DNA of 63,748 bases, filler included, from Octopus bimaculoides (Eukaryota): assembly GCF_001194135.2 (NCBI RefSeq). It is 6 parts of 6 records of this genome, joined end to end, with 100 filler letters (N's around TTAATTAATTAA, not from the genome) between each part and the next. Parts side by side here need not be neighbours in the genome. Positions count along the whole stretch, not along the records: positions 25,771 to 49,673 come from NC_069001.1; positions 49,774 to 51,579 come from NW_026360801.1; positions 51,680 to 52,959 come from NC_068986.1; positions 53,060 to 63,748 come from NC_068987.1; 2 more parts are not named here. One strand, written 5' to 3'. Numbering within the stretch: position 1 is the first letter of the stretch; the number at the start of each line of letters is the position of its first letter. Both the position numbers and the translations under genes were made by a program. The notes under the pieces were generated by a model. The model was not told the origin of the DNA, did not search any database, and saw nothing but the letters and a program-made list of their open reading frames with translations. Shown here one piece after another: positions 42,612 to 55,351 of the stretch.

Positions 42612-44367
42612 NNNNNNNNNNNNNNNNNNNNNNNNNNNNNNNNNNNNNNNNNNNNNNNNNNNNNNNNNNNNNNNNNNNNNNNNNNNNNNNNNNNNNNNNN
42701 NNNNNNNNNNNNNNNNNNNNNNNNNNNNNNNNNNNNNNNNNNNNNNNNNNNNNNNNNNNNNNNNNNNNNNNNNNNNNNNNNNNNNNNNNNNNNNNNNNNN
42801 NNNNNNNNNNNNNNNNNNNNNNNNNNNNNNNNNNNATATATATTGTCATGTATATATATATACACATATATATATAGGTGTGTTTATGTAGATGTTATAA
42901 AATTGCTCTTATTAATCTTATCCTCATCATCATCATCATCATCATCATCATTCTAGAAATGTATTTTTAAATAAGAATATAATAATAAAATAATGGAATC
43001 TATATTTTACAAAAAAAAAAAAGATGCAATATTAATAAAGCTATTACAAGTATAGAACTTGGAAGTGTCAAAAAATGTTCTTTGAAACCATTTCTTGTCA
43101 CATTTTTGGATGCCTCTCTTAGTTGGTGGCAAACTTTTCGAAAAGTTACTGAAATATTGTTTTTACTCTGAAATATCAAATATATCCTACATATACATTC
43201 AGATATCCATGTAAACATACATATACATATTCGTACTCATAAATATAGATACACACACACTCACACATATATATATATTATTTGCTTTTTATTTTTCTTT
43301 CGTTCGTGTTTTTTTTTTGTGTGTTTACTTTTTGAGACTCCAGCCCGTGTCATCGCTGTGATTGTTCTTCTCGCTTAAATTGTTTTTGACAAAATTGTCA
43401 TCGATGTGGTTGTTATTGTTAGTTTTTGTTGCTGGTTGCCCCCCATGTCATCTCTCAGATCTATAATCAAAGGTATTCTAGCCGTGGCCATCCCGCCTTA
43501 TTTCTAAGTGCAGTGAACAGAAGAGCAAAGAACTATATTATACCACGTGTCATTCATTTTATATGGTAGGGTTTGTAATATACGCATCCTTTTGTTTTTT
43601 TTTTATTTTGATGTGTGGGAGTGAATCGAAGTGGAGTATGAAACAAAATTAATTTCGGAAACTCAGCTTGTCTGAGACTGCTTCTGGTTATATGATACAA
43701 ACTTACCGTTTTAAAGTAATCTAAATTAAGAACTTGATTCAAATATTTGTGATTATGCATGTTACAAACACCAGCTTAATTATGACAAAGTTGCTTTATT
43801 AAATTTTACATTTTTTTTTTAAATTGAGACCAAATAGTGTATTTCAACTGATATAGTAACAAAAGTCTTAAAGTAATCTAAACTAAAGCCTTCCATGAAA
43901 ATTATGTTTCAAGCACCAATTTAATAATGGCTTCCGAAAAAAGAAAAGCCGTTGAAACACAGTTTATAGCAGTGACTCCAAGAATATCTGAAGAAGGAAT
44001 TGTATTCCGAAATATCATCGGACTATAGATAACTAAATTATAACAGGTAATATAGTCCATTTTTTGTATTATAGTGCATTGTTGTACCATTCAAAACTTC
44101 TTATTCTTTACAAACAATACACAATGCTTCAAGCGAACTACAATACTGTCCAATAATGATAAAGTTATTTACTAAATTCTTCATTGTGTTCAGAATCGAA
44201 ACAAAATAGTCTTTTTCGATAGAAATAGGGTAGCAAAATTTCTTACCACGTAGCCACGCAGGCGCCTAGATCTATATTTGTAAACTGTTTCTTACACCAA
44301 ATTCCAAATTAGTGATTGTATTGATGATTAGGGTTTTCAAGGGACGACTTACATTTCTCATTTTAAA

Positions 44368-47300
44368 ATGACTTGTCGGTGTCAAAATATCTTGCTAACT
44401 TGTTTCAAACACCAAATAATGGCAAAAATTATTTTACTAGGTTCTCCAGAATTTTCAAAATTAATTGAAACTAAGGCAATATATTTCAACAGAAATATGG
44501 CAATGAAAGTGTTAAATCTTTTGATACTACCCAGCCAGAGATTTTTCCCTTTGTTGTATGATACAGACTTCGTAATTTCAAATGACCAAAATGAAAACTT
44601 TCCATCAAAATTTCATGTTAATTTATGTTCGAAACACCATCATCATAAAGTCGAATACAATCTCGCTAAATCCTTCGTTTTCAAAATTGAAACAAAAGTA
44701 ACGTATTCCGACAGAAATATGGTAAGAAAGGGCTGAAATAACCAAGAAGAAATCTTTTTGAAGAAGCAGTACTTTGTCCTTTTAAAAGATCAAAGGTGAC
44801 TGGTCACGTGAAACATCAAAGAAACATAGTTGAGAGAAACAGTTGCTTTATATTTAATCATTTTAAAATACCATTCCTACGACGGGCCAGTCATTATAAA
44901 GCGTATACCATTAACCACTTCAAAACGGTGGATCTCCGTCGTTAGACACAGAGGATTCAATAGTTCGATCACGTGAATTACCTCCTCATGGAACTGATTG
45001 AGAATAACTCTCAGGCAGAACTTGCGTGACGCAGTCTGCGACGAGGTTGCACCTGTGTAATTGCGGGTACTTTCTGCCCCACGGGCTTTTATACAGTTTA
45101 CTTTTACCAAATTTCACTCACGAGGTATGGGTCGACCCGGGACTATAAAAACAAAATGACTTTTGCTGAAGACGCCATGCAACATGATCGACACCGAAAC
45201 CGCTTGATTGCGGACGAACCTCTTAATTATTCGGCTGTGCTGTATTTAATATAACTAACAACGATCTCAAGAAGAAAAAAAAATATACCATCGACAAGTC
45301 ATTTTAAAATGAGAAATGTAAGTCGTCTCGTGAAAACCCTATCCATCAATACAATCACTAATTTAGAGGATGGTGTTAGAAACTGTTTTAGAATATAGAT
45401 CAAGGCGCCGGCGTGGCTATGTGGTAAAAAATTTCCTTCCCGACCACATGGTTGTGGGTTCAATCTCACTGCGTGGCACCTTGGGTAAGTGTCTCGGGTT
45501 GACCAAAGCCTTGTGAATGGAGTTGGTAGACGGAAACGGAAAGAAGCCCTTCGTATATATATATATATATATATATATTATGTATGTATGTATGTATGTG
45601 TGTTTGTCCCACCACAGCCTGACAACTGGTATTGGTGTGTTCATGTCGCCGTAATTTAGTGGTTCGGCAAAGGATATCGAAAGAATAAGTACCAATTTTT
45701 TTTTAAATAAGTATTGGAAGCGATTCATTTGACTAAAAATTCTCCAAAGCAGTGCTCCAACATGACCGAAGTCTGATGACTGAAACATGTAAACAATAAA
45801 ACAAAAATGAATAACTAAAATTAACACCAGCATAGTGGAACCCCCAATGAGGAGGGACCCGAGGCTATAGTAGAAGACACTTGCCCAAGGTGTAATGCAA
45901 TGGGATTGAACCTGGAACCGTGAGAAGCAACCTTCTTACGACACAACCACGCCTGTGCCTCTTAATGACTTCTAATTCGGAATATCCTAAGATATATAGA
46001 TATAATTTCTATTTGTGAATCATCTCCTTTAAAAGGTCGGCTACCATTCATTTCCAAATACAAGGTGTTTCTACGGAGTTACCCCCTCAAATAGAAAGAG
46101 TTACCAAATCTTGCGGTATCTGATATCGTCTTAGAAAAGGTTACATTGAGTAACCTGTAGTGGCACATTGCTCACGGTGTTTAGAAGAAATACGGGATGG
46201 GCTCGTTTTAAATGTCTTTCTTTATATTTCATATAAAGAAAGACATTAGCCCACAAATGACAACAAATATCGACCTACAAATATTACTAAAAGACCAACT
46301 AGTCATTTTGAAATACTAATATAGGAGCCAAGACTTTATTTGTTCACTCGACCTGCTAGAAATAGCAATCAGATCTCATTCAGATGACGCTCTATGTTTT
46401 AAAAACCGAAGGACACATTGCATAAAAAAGCCGTTGGCAGATAGATTTCGTTAGTCATAGCTAGAATGATTTTAACGATGGAGCTGTTCAGGGCAGTAAG
46501 CCGGCAAAATAAGCTCACTGGAAAACCTGCTTAGCAGTATTTCTTCCGTCTTTACATTCTGAGTTCAAATTCCGCCGAAGTCGATTTTACTTCCATCTTT
46601 TCGAGGTCAGTAAAATAAGTACCAGCTGAGCACTGGAGTTGATGTTATCAATTAGCCCCCTTCCACAAAATTCCAGGCCTTATGACTTTAGTATAAAAAA
46701 TAAATTTTAGAACTGTTCTTTCAGGGTTGACATGGGGCTACACACTACCATCACCGCCGCCAACGCCACCAACAACCAATTGTCAGTCATTGTAAAAGTA
46801 CTGCCGCAAAATGTGTCAAACACTTTTTAGACATTTATTTCCAACTGACAGAATGTCGTCAATGCATTTGTCAACCTTTCAACGACACCCAATAACTAAA
46901 TGGCAATTTTGCCAATGAATTGTCAGTTAACCCTGAGAGACATCCAAGTGTTCAACACCGTATTCTAATAAAGCCATAATTAATTTCTTTCTCCTTTTTT
47001 TTTTTTTTTTTGAAGATGTTGTTAAGAATCCGAAGACACTTGTGGTTGCTGCGTCAACGAAAATCTTTAGTAGTTCAAAATTTTAGATGATCAATCGCTT
47101 TTGCTGTAACAAGAGGCTGTGTACTAACTTTACGAATAGCTCTTTGTGTTTGTGTGTGTGCGTGTGTGTGTGTGTGTGTTACCTTTAACATTTGAATGTT
47201 ATATTCTCCGAAGAAGGGCTTTGCTTCCACTGTGAATAACAACGTCTTTCCATAATGCACGAACTTAGGAATAATTTGACAGCATTTTTAATGCCGTTTA

Positions 47301-48770
47301 AGAGGCAAAAATGTTTCAATTCACTACATCCTCACAACAAAAATAATTTTAATTGCGTTATCATCGCTGTATAATTACAATGAGATCTTTATGATCTTGA
47401 AGAAAATTCTTTTTAATATTTGAACACGTAAAGGTAGCGAACTAGGCGAATCGCTAACACAACGAGTAAAATGCTTTGTGGCATTTCGTCCGCCCTTACG
47501 TTGAATTCAAATTCCACCGAGGTCCACTTTGCTTTTCATCCTCTTGGGTCAATAAAATAGGTACCAGTTGAGCACTGGAGTCCATGCAATCGACTTACAC
47601 AACCTTCGAATTTGCTGGTTTTGCGCCAAGATTTAAGACCAATATATATTACATATATACATATGTATTTATATTTATATATACATATATATATACGCAC
47701 GTATAATCTATATAAGGGCGACTTATTAAGTCCCTCTAAGCGTGAGGCTTTATTTTATAATAATGCCCTTATACAGATTATATTATATATATTTATGGAA
47801 AAAAATGATGGTTTTTTTCCTTATGGGGTTTTCTTCACGCTGACTACTTGATAAATTCTTAAAAAGATGTTATCCTTATATTATATTATACGCACGTATA
47901 TATAGGTACATATATATATATGTGCTACGTGTGTAATGCAATTAATTGGCAAGATCGGTAGAATGTCTCATGGCATTTTTACCTGAGTTTAACTCAGCGG
48001 ACCCAGTACGATTTCTTTTTTTGTAAAATCTGTTGCTCAATCGGTTTCTTATGTCGAACCGCAAGGTAACGGGGACGCAAACACAACAATCAGTTTGTCA
48101 AGCGGTGATGGGGGACAAACACATACACAAAGACTTACACACAGATATGTATATATNNNNNNNNNNAACTTCTAACCACAGAGCCACATTATGTTAATTT
48201 TTAACAGAAATATCTAAATAGGACGAAGGTTAATACACTTGTTTCCAAACTAGCAGAAGGCCAGTAATTTGGGGGATAAGATGTTTGACAGCACCATAGA
48301 TCTCGGTATTTTATCGAACCTGGTCAGGTTAAAAGCAAAGCTGACGTCGGTGGAATTTGAACTCAGAACGTAAAGAACCAGAAGTAATGTCTCAAAGCAG
48401 TTTTACCGACGCTCCAGCACTTCTGCCAAATGGCAGCCTTAGATTTCTGATTTAGGCATAATACCGGCAGTTTTGAGGGGAAGGGTTAGTCGGTACAATC
48501 GACCCACGTTCTTAATTCGAACGTTATCTATTCGACCCCTGAGGGATGAAAGGTAAATTTGGACGCAACAGAATTTGAACCGAAAACCTAATGTCCTCGA
48601 AGAAATAGTGCCAAGAATTCTTCCTGGACGTTCTAATAATTGGTTATGTTCCTGCTAACTGTAAGTGATCATTAGATCAAAGTCTAATGACCTCTTTGTG
48701 GAAACTAGGAGTAAGAGTTGATAGAGTTTGTTTTGTTTCAACACATAAATTTAGTATATTCAATGGATAA
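44368..48770 (+). pseudogene. Decayed LRR gene (LRRNT ... LRRs ... LRRCT) fragmented by at least five SINEs
   Basis: ORF 44368 CRCQNILLTC...EFSKLIETKAIYFNRN...FVISNDQNENFPSKF; VKVLPQNV...VVNAFVNLS (46792-46881, one frame); STVNNNVFP*CTNLGII (47226-47276); LDVLIIGYVPANCK*SL...RVC (48624-48770, LRRCT with a Cys-to-stop change). Confidence 0.55.
45403..45800 (+). mobile_element. tRNA-derived SINE, full length with internal microsatellite
   Basis: Head ggcgccggcgtggctatgtggtaa; tail gctccaacatgaccgaagtctgatgactgaaacatgtaaa. Confidence 0.88.
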
Positions 48771-48835
48771 TGTTTAAAATACTAGCGCTGCTTTTAGTTC
48801 GTTATTGAATTTAATCTTATATATACATCGCCGCG

Positions 48836-49030
48836 ATGCTGGCAGAAACGTTAGCACGTTGGGCGAAATGCTTAGCGGTATTTCGTCTGTCTTTACGCTC
48901 TGAGTTCAAATTCCGCCGAGGTCGACTTTGCCTTTCATCCTTCCGGGGTCGATTAACTAAGTACCAGTTACGCACTGAGGTCGATATAGTTTGTCTATCC
49001 TTGTTTGTCTCCTTTGTATGTAGCCCCTTG
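48836..49030 (+). mobile_element. tRNA-derived SINE, young copy
   Basis: ctggcagaaacgttagcacgttgggcgaaatgcttagcggtatttcg...gttcaaattccgccgaggtcgac...tgtgggcagtaaagaaat. Confidence 0.9.
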
Positions 49031-49269
49031 TGGGCAGTAAAGAAATGATATACATCACCGTGACACAAGCAAATGGTTCTTACAATATTTGTATATAGTC
49101 ATAGATGTGACCCCAGGTAAATTTGGGTACGCGGTGTTGATAAACCACAAAAAAGGGTGAAATTTCGGTATCCATCACAATTGAATCCGAATCCGAACGA
49201 AGTCGAGTAGCCTCACCTGTCTATGACATTCGGGTGTTTTAACAACTGAATGTTATAGAGAGTTGAGAC

Positions 49270-49560
49270 AACACGCGTGTGATTTGTAGGAGGAAATGCA
49301 TGAGTCGTGCAGGTCTGGTCAGCCATCAGAGAACTCACAGGAATCAACCCATTGCAAATTGTGACAAGGCTATTGTTCACAAACGAACATATGCAACCTG
49401 TGGAAAGGTGTGCCTTTCAGTTGGAGGACTGAAAAAGCATGTCAAAATAATTCGTACTGTGGCACCTGCTCCCCCTGCTTGCCAGCGCAGCTGCGCATTA
49501 TGCAATAGAATGTACAAATCTTTAGCCGGGATCAAGAGACAAACAAGGGCCTCACATTAC
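49270..49560 (+). mobile_element. LINE (probably RTE-type) 3' end with three degenerate C2H2 fingers
   Basis: ICRRKCMSRAGLVSHQRTH; ATCGKVCLSVGGLKKHVKI; CALCNRMYKSLAGIKRQ. No TGEKP linkers. Confidence 0.6.
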
Positions 49561-49627
49561 ATCATCAATGACTTCTTTTTAGTGGGTCTTTCAAGCAAGG
49601 GCTTTGCTCGTATACGAGAAAACAGCT

Positions 49628-49673
<46 letters not shown>

Positions 49674-50049
49674 NNNNNNNNNNNNNNNNNNNNNNNNNNN
49701 NNNNNNNNNNNNNNNNNTTAATTAATTAANNNNNNNNNNNNNNNNNNNNNNNNNNNNNNNNNNNNNNNNNNNNATTTGTTGCAGTCATTTGACTGCGGCC
49801 ATGCTGGAGCACCGCTTTTAGTCTAGTAAATCGGCTAGACTTATTCTTTGTCAGCCTAGTACTTATTCTATCGGTCTCTCTTGCCGAACCGCTATGTGAC
49901 GGGAACGTAAACAAACCAGCATTTTGTGCTGCTGCCAGTGAAGAGGTCGCGGTCTCAAAGCGACGAAAATGTTTTGGCAAATTAAATTTAAATATTGAAG
50001 TGAATTTAACAGTTTTTGTGTGTTTTTTCAAATGGCTTATAAACACCTT

Positions 50050-50312
50050 CTGTGGAGGCGCAATGGCCCAGTGGTTAGGGCAGCGGACTCGCGGTTTCGA
50101 TTCCCAGACCGGGCATTGTGAGTGTTTATTGAGCGAAAACACCTAAAGCTCCACGAGGCTCCGGCAGGGGGTGGTGGCGAACCCTGCTGTACTCTTTCAC
50201 CACAACTTTCTCTCACTCTTACTTCCTGTTTCTGTTGTGCCTGTAATTCAAAGGGTCAGCCTTGTCACAGTGTCACGCTGAATATTCCCGAGAACTAGGT
50301 TAAGGGTACATG
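50050..50312 (+). mobile_element. tRNA-derived SINE
   Basis: gtggaggcgcaatggcccagtggttagggcagcggactcgcggtttcgattcccagaccggg; the same head stub occurs at 28700. Confidence 0.85.
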
Positions 50313-50921
50313 TGTTATAATACAAAACATATAATAAAAAGAACAAAGCCAAGTGTGATATAAATGTTATCTAACAAATAACAAACTTTATTTATTTATT
50401 CATCATCATCATCGTCATCATCAATCAATCAATAAATCAGCTGCCATTTATCTCATCGATATGAGACAAAGTGTCAATAGAGATCGATCACTGATCAATG
50501 GGAGGGGAGATGAGGGTTAGAACAATTTGACTAGAGAGTTGGAGAGAGAGAGAGAAAGGGATGTGGCGGAAAAGATGGGAGTCACAAGCGACATCGGGGA
50601 TTATCTGCCCTTCCACGGCCCCCACCAATCCAAGAAAGCGAGGGGGGGTGGAAAATGCGGGTGGAGGTGGAGGGGGGTAAATGATTCAAAACTAGAATGA
50701 AAGATAAAATAACCCACAGAATTGGAATTTGGAGTAAGAAACGAAACCAAAGCTCATCTTTACCAATTATTTCATTACCCCAAGACAATCTACCACAAAT
50801 AACAATCAGCTAGATATTGCATATATATATATATACATATATATATATACATACATACATTTACCTATACCTATGTAAATATATTCACACATATATATAC
50901 ATGTAATATATATGTTATTTC

Positions 50922-51146
50922 TTTATTGCCCACATGGGGCTAAACATAGAGGGGACAAACAAGGACAGACAAAGGGATTAAGTCAATTACAAGGACCCCA
51001 GTGCGTAACTTGTACTTAATTTATCGACCCCGAAAGGATGAAAGGATAAGTCGACCTCGGCGGAATTTGAACTCAGAACACAAAGACAGATAAAATACCG
51101 CTAAGCATTTCACCCGGTGTGCTAACATTTCTGCCAGCTCGACGCC
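50922..51146 (-). mobile_element. tRNA-derived SINE
   Basis: Reverse complement closely matches 48836-49030, including the tail. Confidence 0.9.
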
Positions 51147-51679
51147 TTGTATATATACACACACACACACATATNNNNNNNNNNNNNNNNNNNNNNNNNN
51201 NNNNNNNNNNNNNNNNNNNNNNNNNNNNNNNNNNTATATATATATATATATATTCATACATATACATATATGCATATGCCTGGTGGATGTAATTTCTATA
51301 GAGTGTCTATGTTCAGCAATGTAAACTAATATGTTGAATTGCCTCCCTTTATTTCAAAGAAATATAATTTAGTGATGAGCAAAATAATGACTGATTCAAA
51401 GAAAAAAACATACAAAAAACACTGGGATTGAAATGTTCAGCTAAAACACTTGAAAGCATTGCTCCAGCATGTCCACAGTCCAATGTTTGAAACCAGCAAT
51501 GGAGTGTGTATATGTATGTGTGAGTGTATATATACATACATACACATACACACATTATATACACATGTGAATATATATANNNNNNNNNNNNNNNNNNNNN
51601 NNNNNNNNNNNNNNNNNNNNNNNTTAATTAATTAANNNNNNNNNNNNNNNNNNNNNNNNNNNNNNNNNNNNNNNNNNNN

Positions 51680-51715
<36 letters not shown>

Positions 51716-51849
51716 GCATATGCAATATATGGGTACAGGACGTCACCGACAGTGAGCAACATGAAATACAATGAGTTCAATACGCAAACAACGAGAGAAA
51801 CAAAAGGAAAACAGGAGATGTAACATAAAGAACGACCCTTCATCGGTTA

Positions 51850-52025
51850 TCGTGACTGTGTGGTAAGAGGCTTGCATCCTAACCACATGCTTCTGGGTTT
51901 AGTCCCACTGCGTGGCACCTTCAGCAAGTGTCTTCCACAGTAGCCGCGGGCCAACCAGAGCCTTGTGAGTGGATTTGGTACACGGAAACTGAAAGAAGCC
52001 CGCCATATATATGTATATATCTATG
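51850..52025 (+). mobile_element. tRNA-derived SINE 5' half
   Basis: cgtgactgtgtggtaagaggcttgc...gtcccactgcgtggcacc...gccttgtgagtggatttggt...aactgaaagaagccc. Confidence 0.85.
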
Positions 52026-52204
52026 TGTGTGCCTTTGTGTCTATTAATTATAATATTATTTATTACATATTTATCATATTTAATATATATTTATCATACG
52101 CGACGGCGAGCTGGCAGAATCGCTAGCAGGCCGGACGAATAAGTAACAGCTATACAGATATATATATATGTATATGTAGAGGGAGAGAGAGATTATGCGT
52201 GAAA

Positions 52205-52460
52205 AATATTTGCAATTGCCACATTTGAAAAACTTAAAATCACTGCCACGCCCCCGAAGTTAAATATCACCTGTTGTGTACTTTTATGCGTAAATACGTT
52301 TCTAATACAGAATATATCTCACCTGAGTCTGGACGAAGTTGGTCTCTTTCATGTTATATTCCATGACTAATTGGTGCTTATTTACTTGGGAAACTGTCGA
52401 AATTTAGAAAAATACAAAATAAGGCTTTCCGGATTTAAAAGGCAAAATGAAACATTCAAA
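52205..52460 (+). pseudogene. LRR gene relic fragment
   Basis: LPHLKNLKSL (52216-52245); EYISPES; AYLLGKLSKFRKIQNKAFR (52376-52432). Confidence 0.45.
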
Positions 52461-52650
52461 TTATGATCACTCTAGTAGTAACATACACACAACACACACA
52501 TATAGACAGAGAGATAGATCGATAGATAGATACATGTATACTAACATACGTATATGCATAGGTGTGGTGTAAGTGTATATGAGTATCCTTGTGCGTGTTT
52601 TGTTACCATCATTTAACAGCCGATAGACTATTATTATTATTATTATTATT

Positions 52651-52912
52651 TTATGTTTGACTTTTGTTTTGCATTTGTACAAGTTGGATCCAAGTCTCAC
52701 CCAGAGACCTCAAGAGACAACAAGTTAGAAGTTCATGTAGGTGTTATGCCTAGGGTACCATATATTTGGATTTGTACAGTTTTGTTCAAGTGAATGTTTA
52801 AGAAACCATAAGAAAATTATGTGTTTGCTTTAATATTTGAGATCACATAGACAGTATTTTACGTAGGATATGGGCAGTTCCCATGAGCGCTATCTTTTGA
52901 ACTTCAGCCATT
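52651..52912 (-). mobile_element. RLE-type (R4/Dong-like) non-LTR retrotransposon, 5'-truncated 3' end
   Basis: MAEVQKIALMGTAHILRKILSM* (52911-52843), a ~190 bp 3' UTR, and (AAT)n on both sides. Confidence 0.75.
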
Positions 52913-53061
52913 TTATTATTATTATTATTCAGTAGTTTTATTTTTATAACGTGCTTTCANNNNNNNNNNNNNNNNNNNNNNNNNNNNNNNNNNNNNNNNN
53001 NNNTTAATTAATTAANNNNNNNNNNNNNNNNNNNNNNNNNNNNNNNNNNNNNNNNNNNNGT

Positions 53062-53940
53062 TTAGAGTTGAAGTGTTGGTCGAAGGTCAACCTCGCCGCA
53101 AAAAAAGTCGGATGCGATGTCACTTCTAATCGCCTCTTCTAGCTTCTTAACTAGGTCACCCTCTACTCTGTTTCTATCTATAGCTAGTGCTTTGCTATAC
53201 CTAATCGCTTCTGCTTTTATTGCTCTCTTGAGGGCAAACCACCATTTGTTGTTGACGATGGCTCCCGTCAAAGCCCTCTTTACTAACGTGCTAATCCGGT
53301 CTCTGAAAACCTGCCTCGACAGGAAAGACGCGTTTAGTTTCCAGTAACCGGGACCCTGCCTATGTGTCTTATCTAAGTCTAGCGTAGACATCACAAGTTT
53401 TTGATCCGTGTAGCTATATGGAATTGTGGACACTCTACGCTATCTCTATCTACTGTCCTACACAGTATCCTATCTAGATACGATCTCGACGACCCGATGT
53501 GGTTGCTCCATGTCCACGTTGGCGCATTCGAGTGGTCAAGTCTGTATCTCACAGACGGTTGACAGCATCTGAGCAGGTCCATGAGGCATTTGCATCCCCG
53601 TCTATTCTTATCTCTGCCCACCTTGTCTAGATGCGTGTCCAAGGTAGCATTTCAATCCCCCACTAAAAGTAAAGGACTCGACGTTCCTAACAATACTTCT
53701 AGACGTCGAAAGAAATCCGGCCGACCTGTTAAAGGCGGTGCGTAGACTGATATGAATCGAAAAGCGCATCCATTGCTGCCGTCGACATCCAGGACAACCA
53801 GTCTACCCTCCGGGTCTAGGAATATTGTCTTTACTTCGAGACCCAGACTCTTCCGAAAGAGTACCGCTGTACCACTACTGCCCATTCTCAGCAGACAGGG
53901 AGAAAAATAAATGTTAAACTGTCTGCCAAACATGGGCTTT
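53062..53940 (-). mobile_element. Tx1/L1-clade ORF2 AP-endonuclease region, few disablements
   Basis: GTAVLF...GRLVVLDV...ISVYAP...LLVGD*NATLD...TWTW...SYLDRI...D(Q/H)KLV...GYWKLNASFL. Confidence 0.93.
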
Positions 53941-54215
53941 AGAAGTAGTATGGAGTCTGGTCTTACTTATGGCTATCATTTCTAATTCAAGTGACTTTAT
54001 GCCGTTTAAGAGATACCCTTGTTTCCAAGGGGACCCCAAGCCACGCACATTCACACAACCAATCCTGATCATAATCCTAATGGTGTGTCTGTGTAAACAC
54101 TAACGATAGCAATAGAGAGTCATTTACCGTTGGAAAGTTTTTGTGTCTCCCCCCTCGGTATTTCCTCGAGGAGATCACTATAAAGCTTTTTGGAAGAGTA
54201 CTTTGGAAGAATAGA

Positions 54216-54263
<48 letters not shown>

Positions 54264-54956
54264 TAGATAGATAGATTATATATATNNNNNNNNNNNNNNN
54301 NNNNNNNNNNNNNNNNNNNNNNNNNNNNNNNNNNNNNNNNNNNNNNNNNNNNNNNNNNNNNNNNNNNNNNNNNNNNNNNNNNNNNNNNNNNNNNNNNNNN
54401 NNNNNNNNNNNNNNNNNNNNNNNNNNNNNNNNNNNNNNNNNNNNNNNNNNNNNNNNNNNNNNNNNNNNNNNNNNNNNNNNNNNNNNNNNNNNNNNNNNNN
54501 NNNNNNNNNNNNNNNNNNNNNNNNNNNNNNNNNNNNNNNNNNNNNNNNNNNNNNNNNNNNNNNNNNNNNNNNNNNNNNNNNNNNNNNNNNNNNNNNNNNN
54601 NNNNNNNNNNNNNNNNNNNNNNNNNNNNNNNNNNNNNNNNNNNNNNNNNNNNNNNNNNNNNNNNNNNNNNNNNNNNNNNNNNNNNNNNNNNNNNNNNNNN
54701 NNNNNNNNNNNNNNNNNNNNNNNNNNNNNNNNNNNNNNNNNNNNNNNNNNNNNNNNNNNNNNNNNNNNNNNNNNNNNNNNNNNNNNNNNNNNNNNNNNNN
54801 NNNNNNNNNNNNNNNNNNNNNNNNNNNNNNNNNNNNNNNNNNNNNNNNNNNNNNNNNNNNNNNNNNNNNNNNNNNNNNNNNNNNNNNNNNNNNNNNNNNN
54901 NNNNNNNNNNNNNNNNNNNNNNNNNNNNNNNNNNNNNNNNNNNNNNNNNNNNNNNT

Positions 54957-55001
<45 letters not shown>

Positions 55002-55351
55002 CACACACACACACACACACACACACGCAACCGAAAGAGCTATTAATAGTTTCATGCTACTATGATTCTTGAACAGACATATTTATAAAATACGCCAAGT
55101 ATCTTTAAACAGTTTTTCGGGCATTATTTATGTGTTATATAGTTTCAAAACAAGGACACTGGACAGTAAGAAAATAAGAAAAAACGTTGGAAAAAACGTG
55201 AAGATGGTCGGTGCTTTAACTGGAACGTGATAAAAGAAACGAAATCAAGAAAACTAAGATCTTCACCCTCCCTGATTACAGAAAGCTCATTAAATAGAAC
55301 TGGTTTAGAACAAAATAACAGAAAATATGTCAAAGTCTGCGAGACAGCAAC

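Noticed and set aside
29240-50110. tRNA genes at A/B-box-bearing heads (29245, 45405, 50052 and others)
   Set aside because: No complete cloverleaf, and each continues into a shared SINE body.
50641-50678. G-rich potential quadruplex or regulatory island
   Set aside because: Simple purine-rich sequence with no independent support.
24413-53015. TTAATTAATTAA islands at 24413, 25715, 49718, 51624 and 53004
   Set aside because: Each is centred in a 100-nt N block (44+12+44) and has stops in all six frames: an assembly spacer, not biology.
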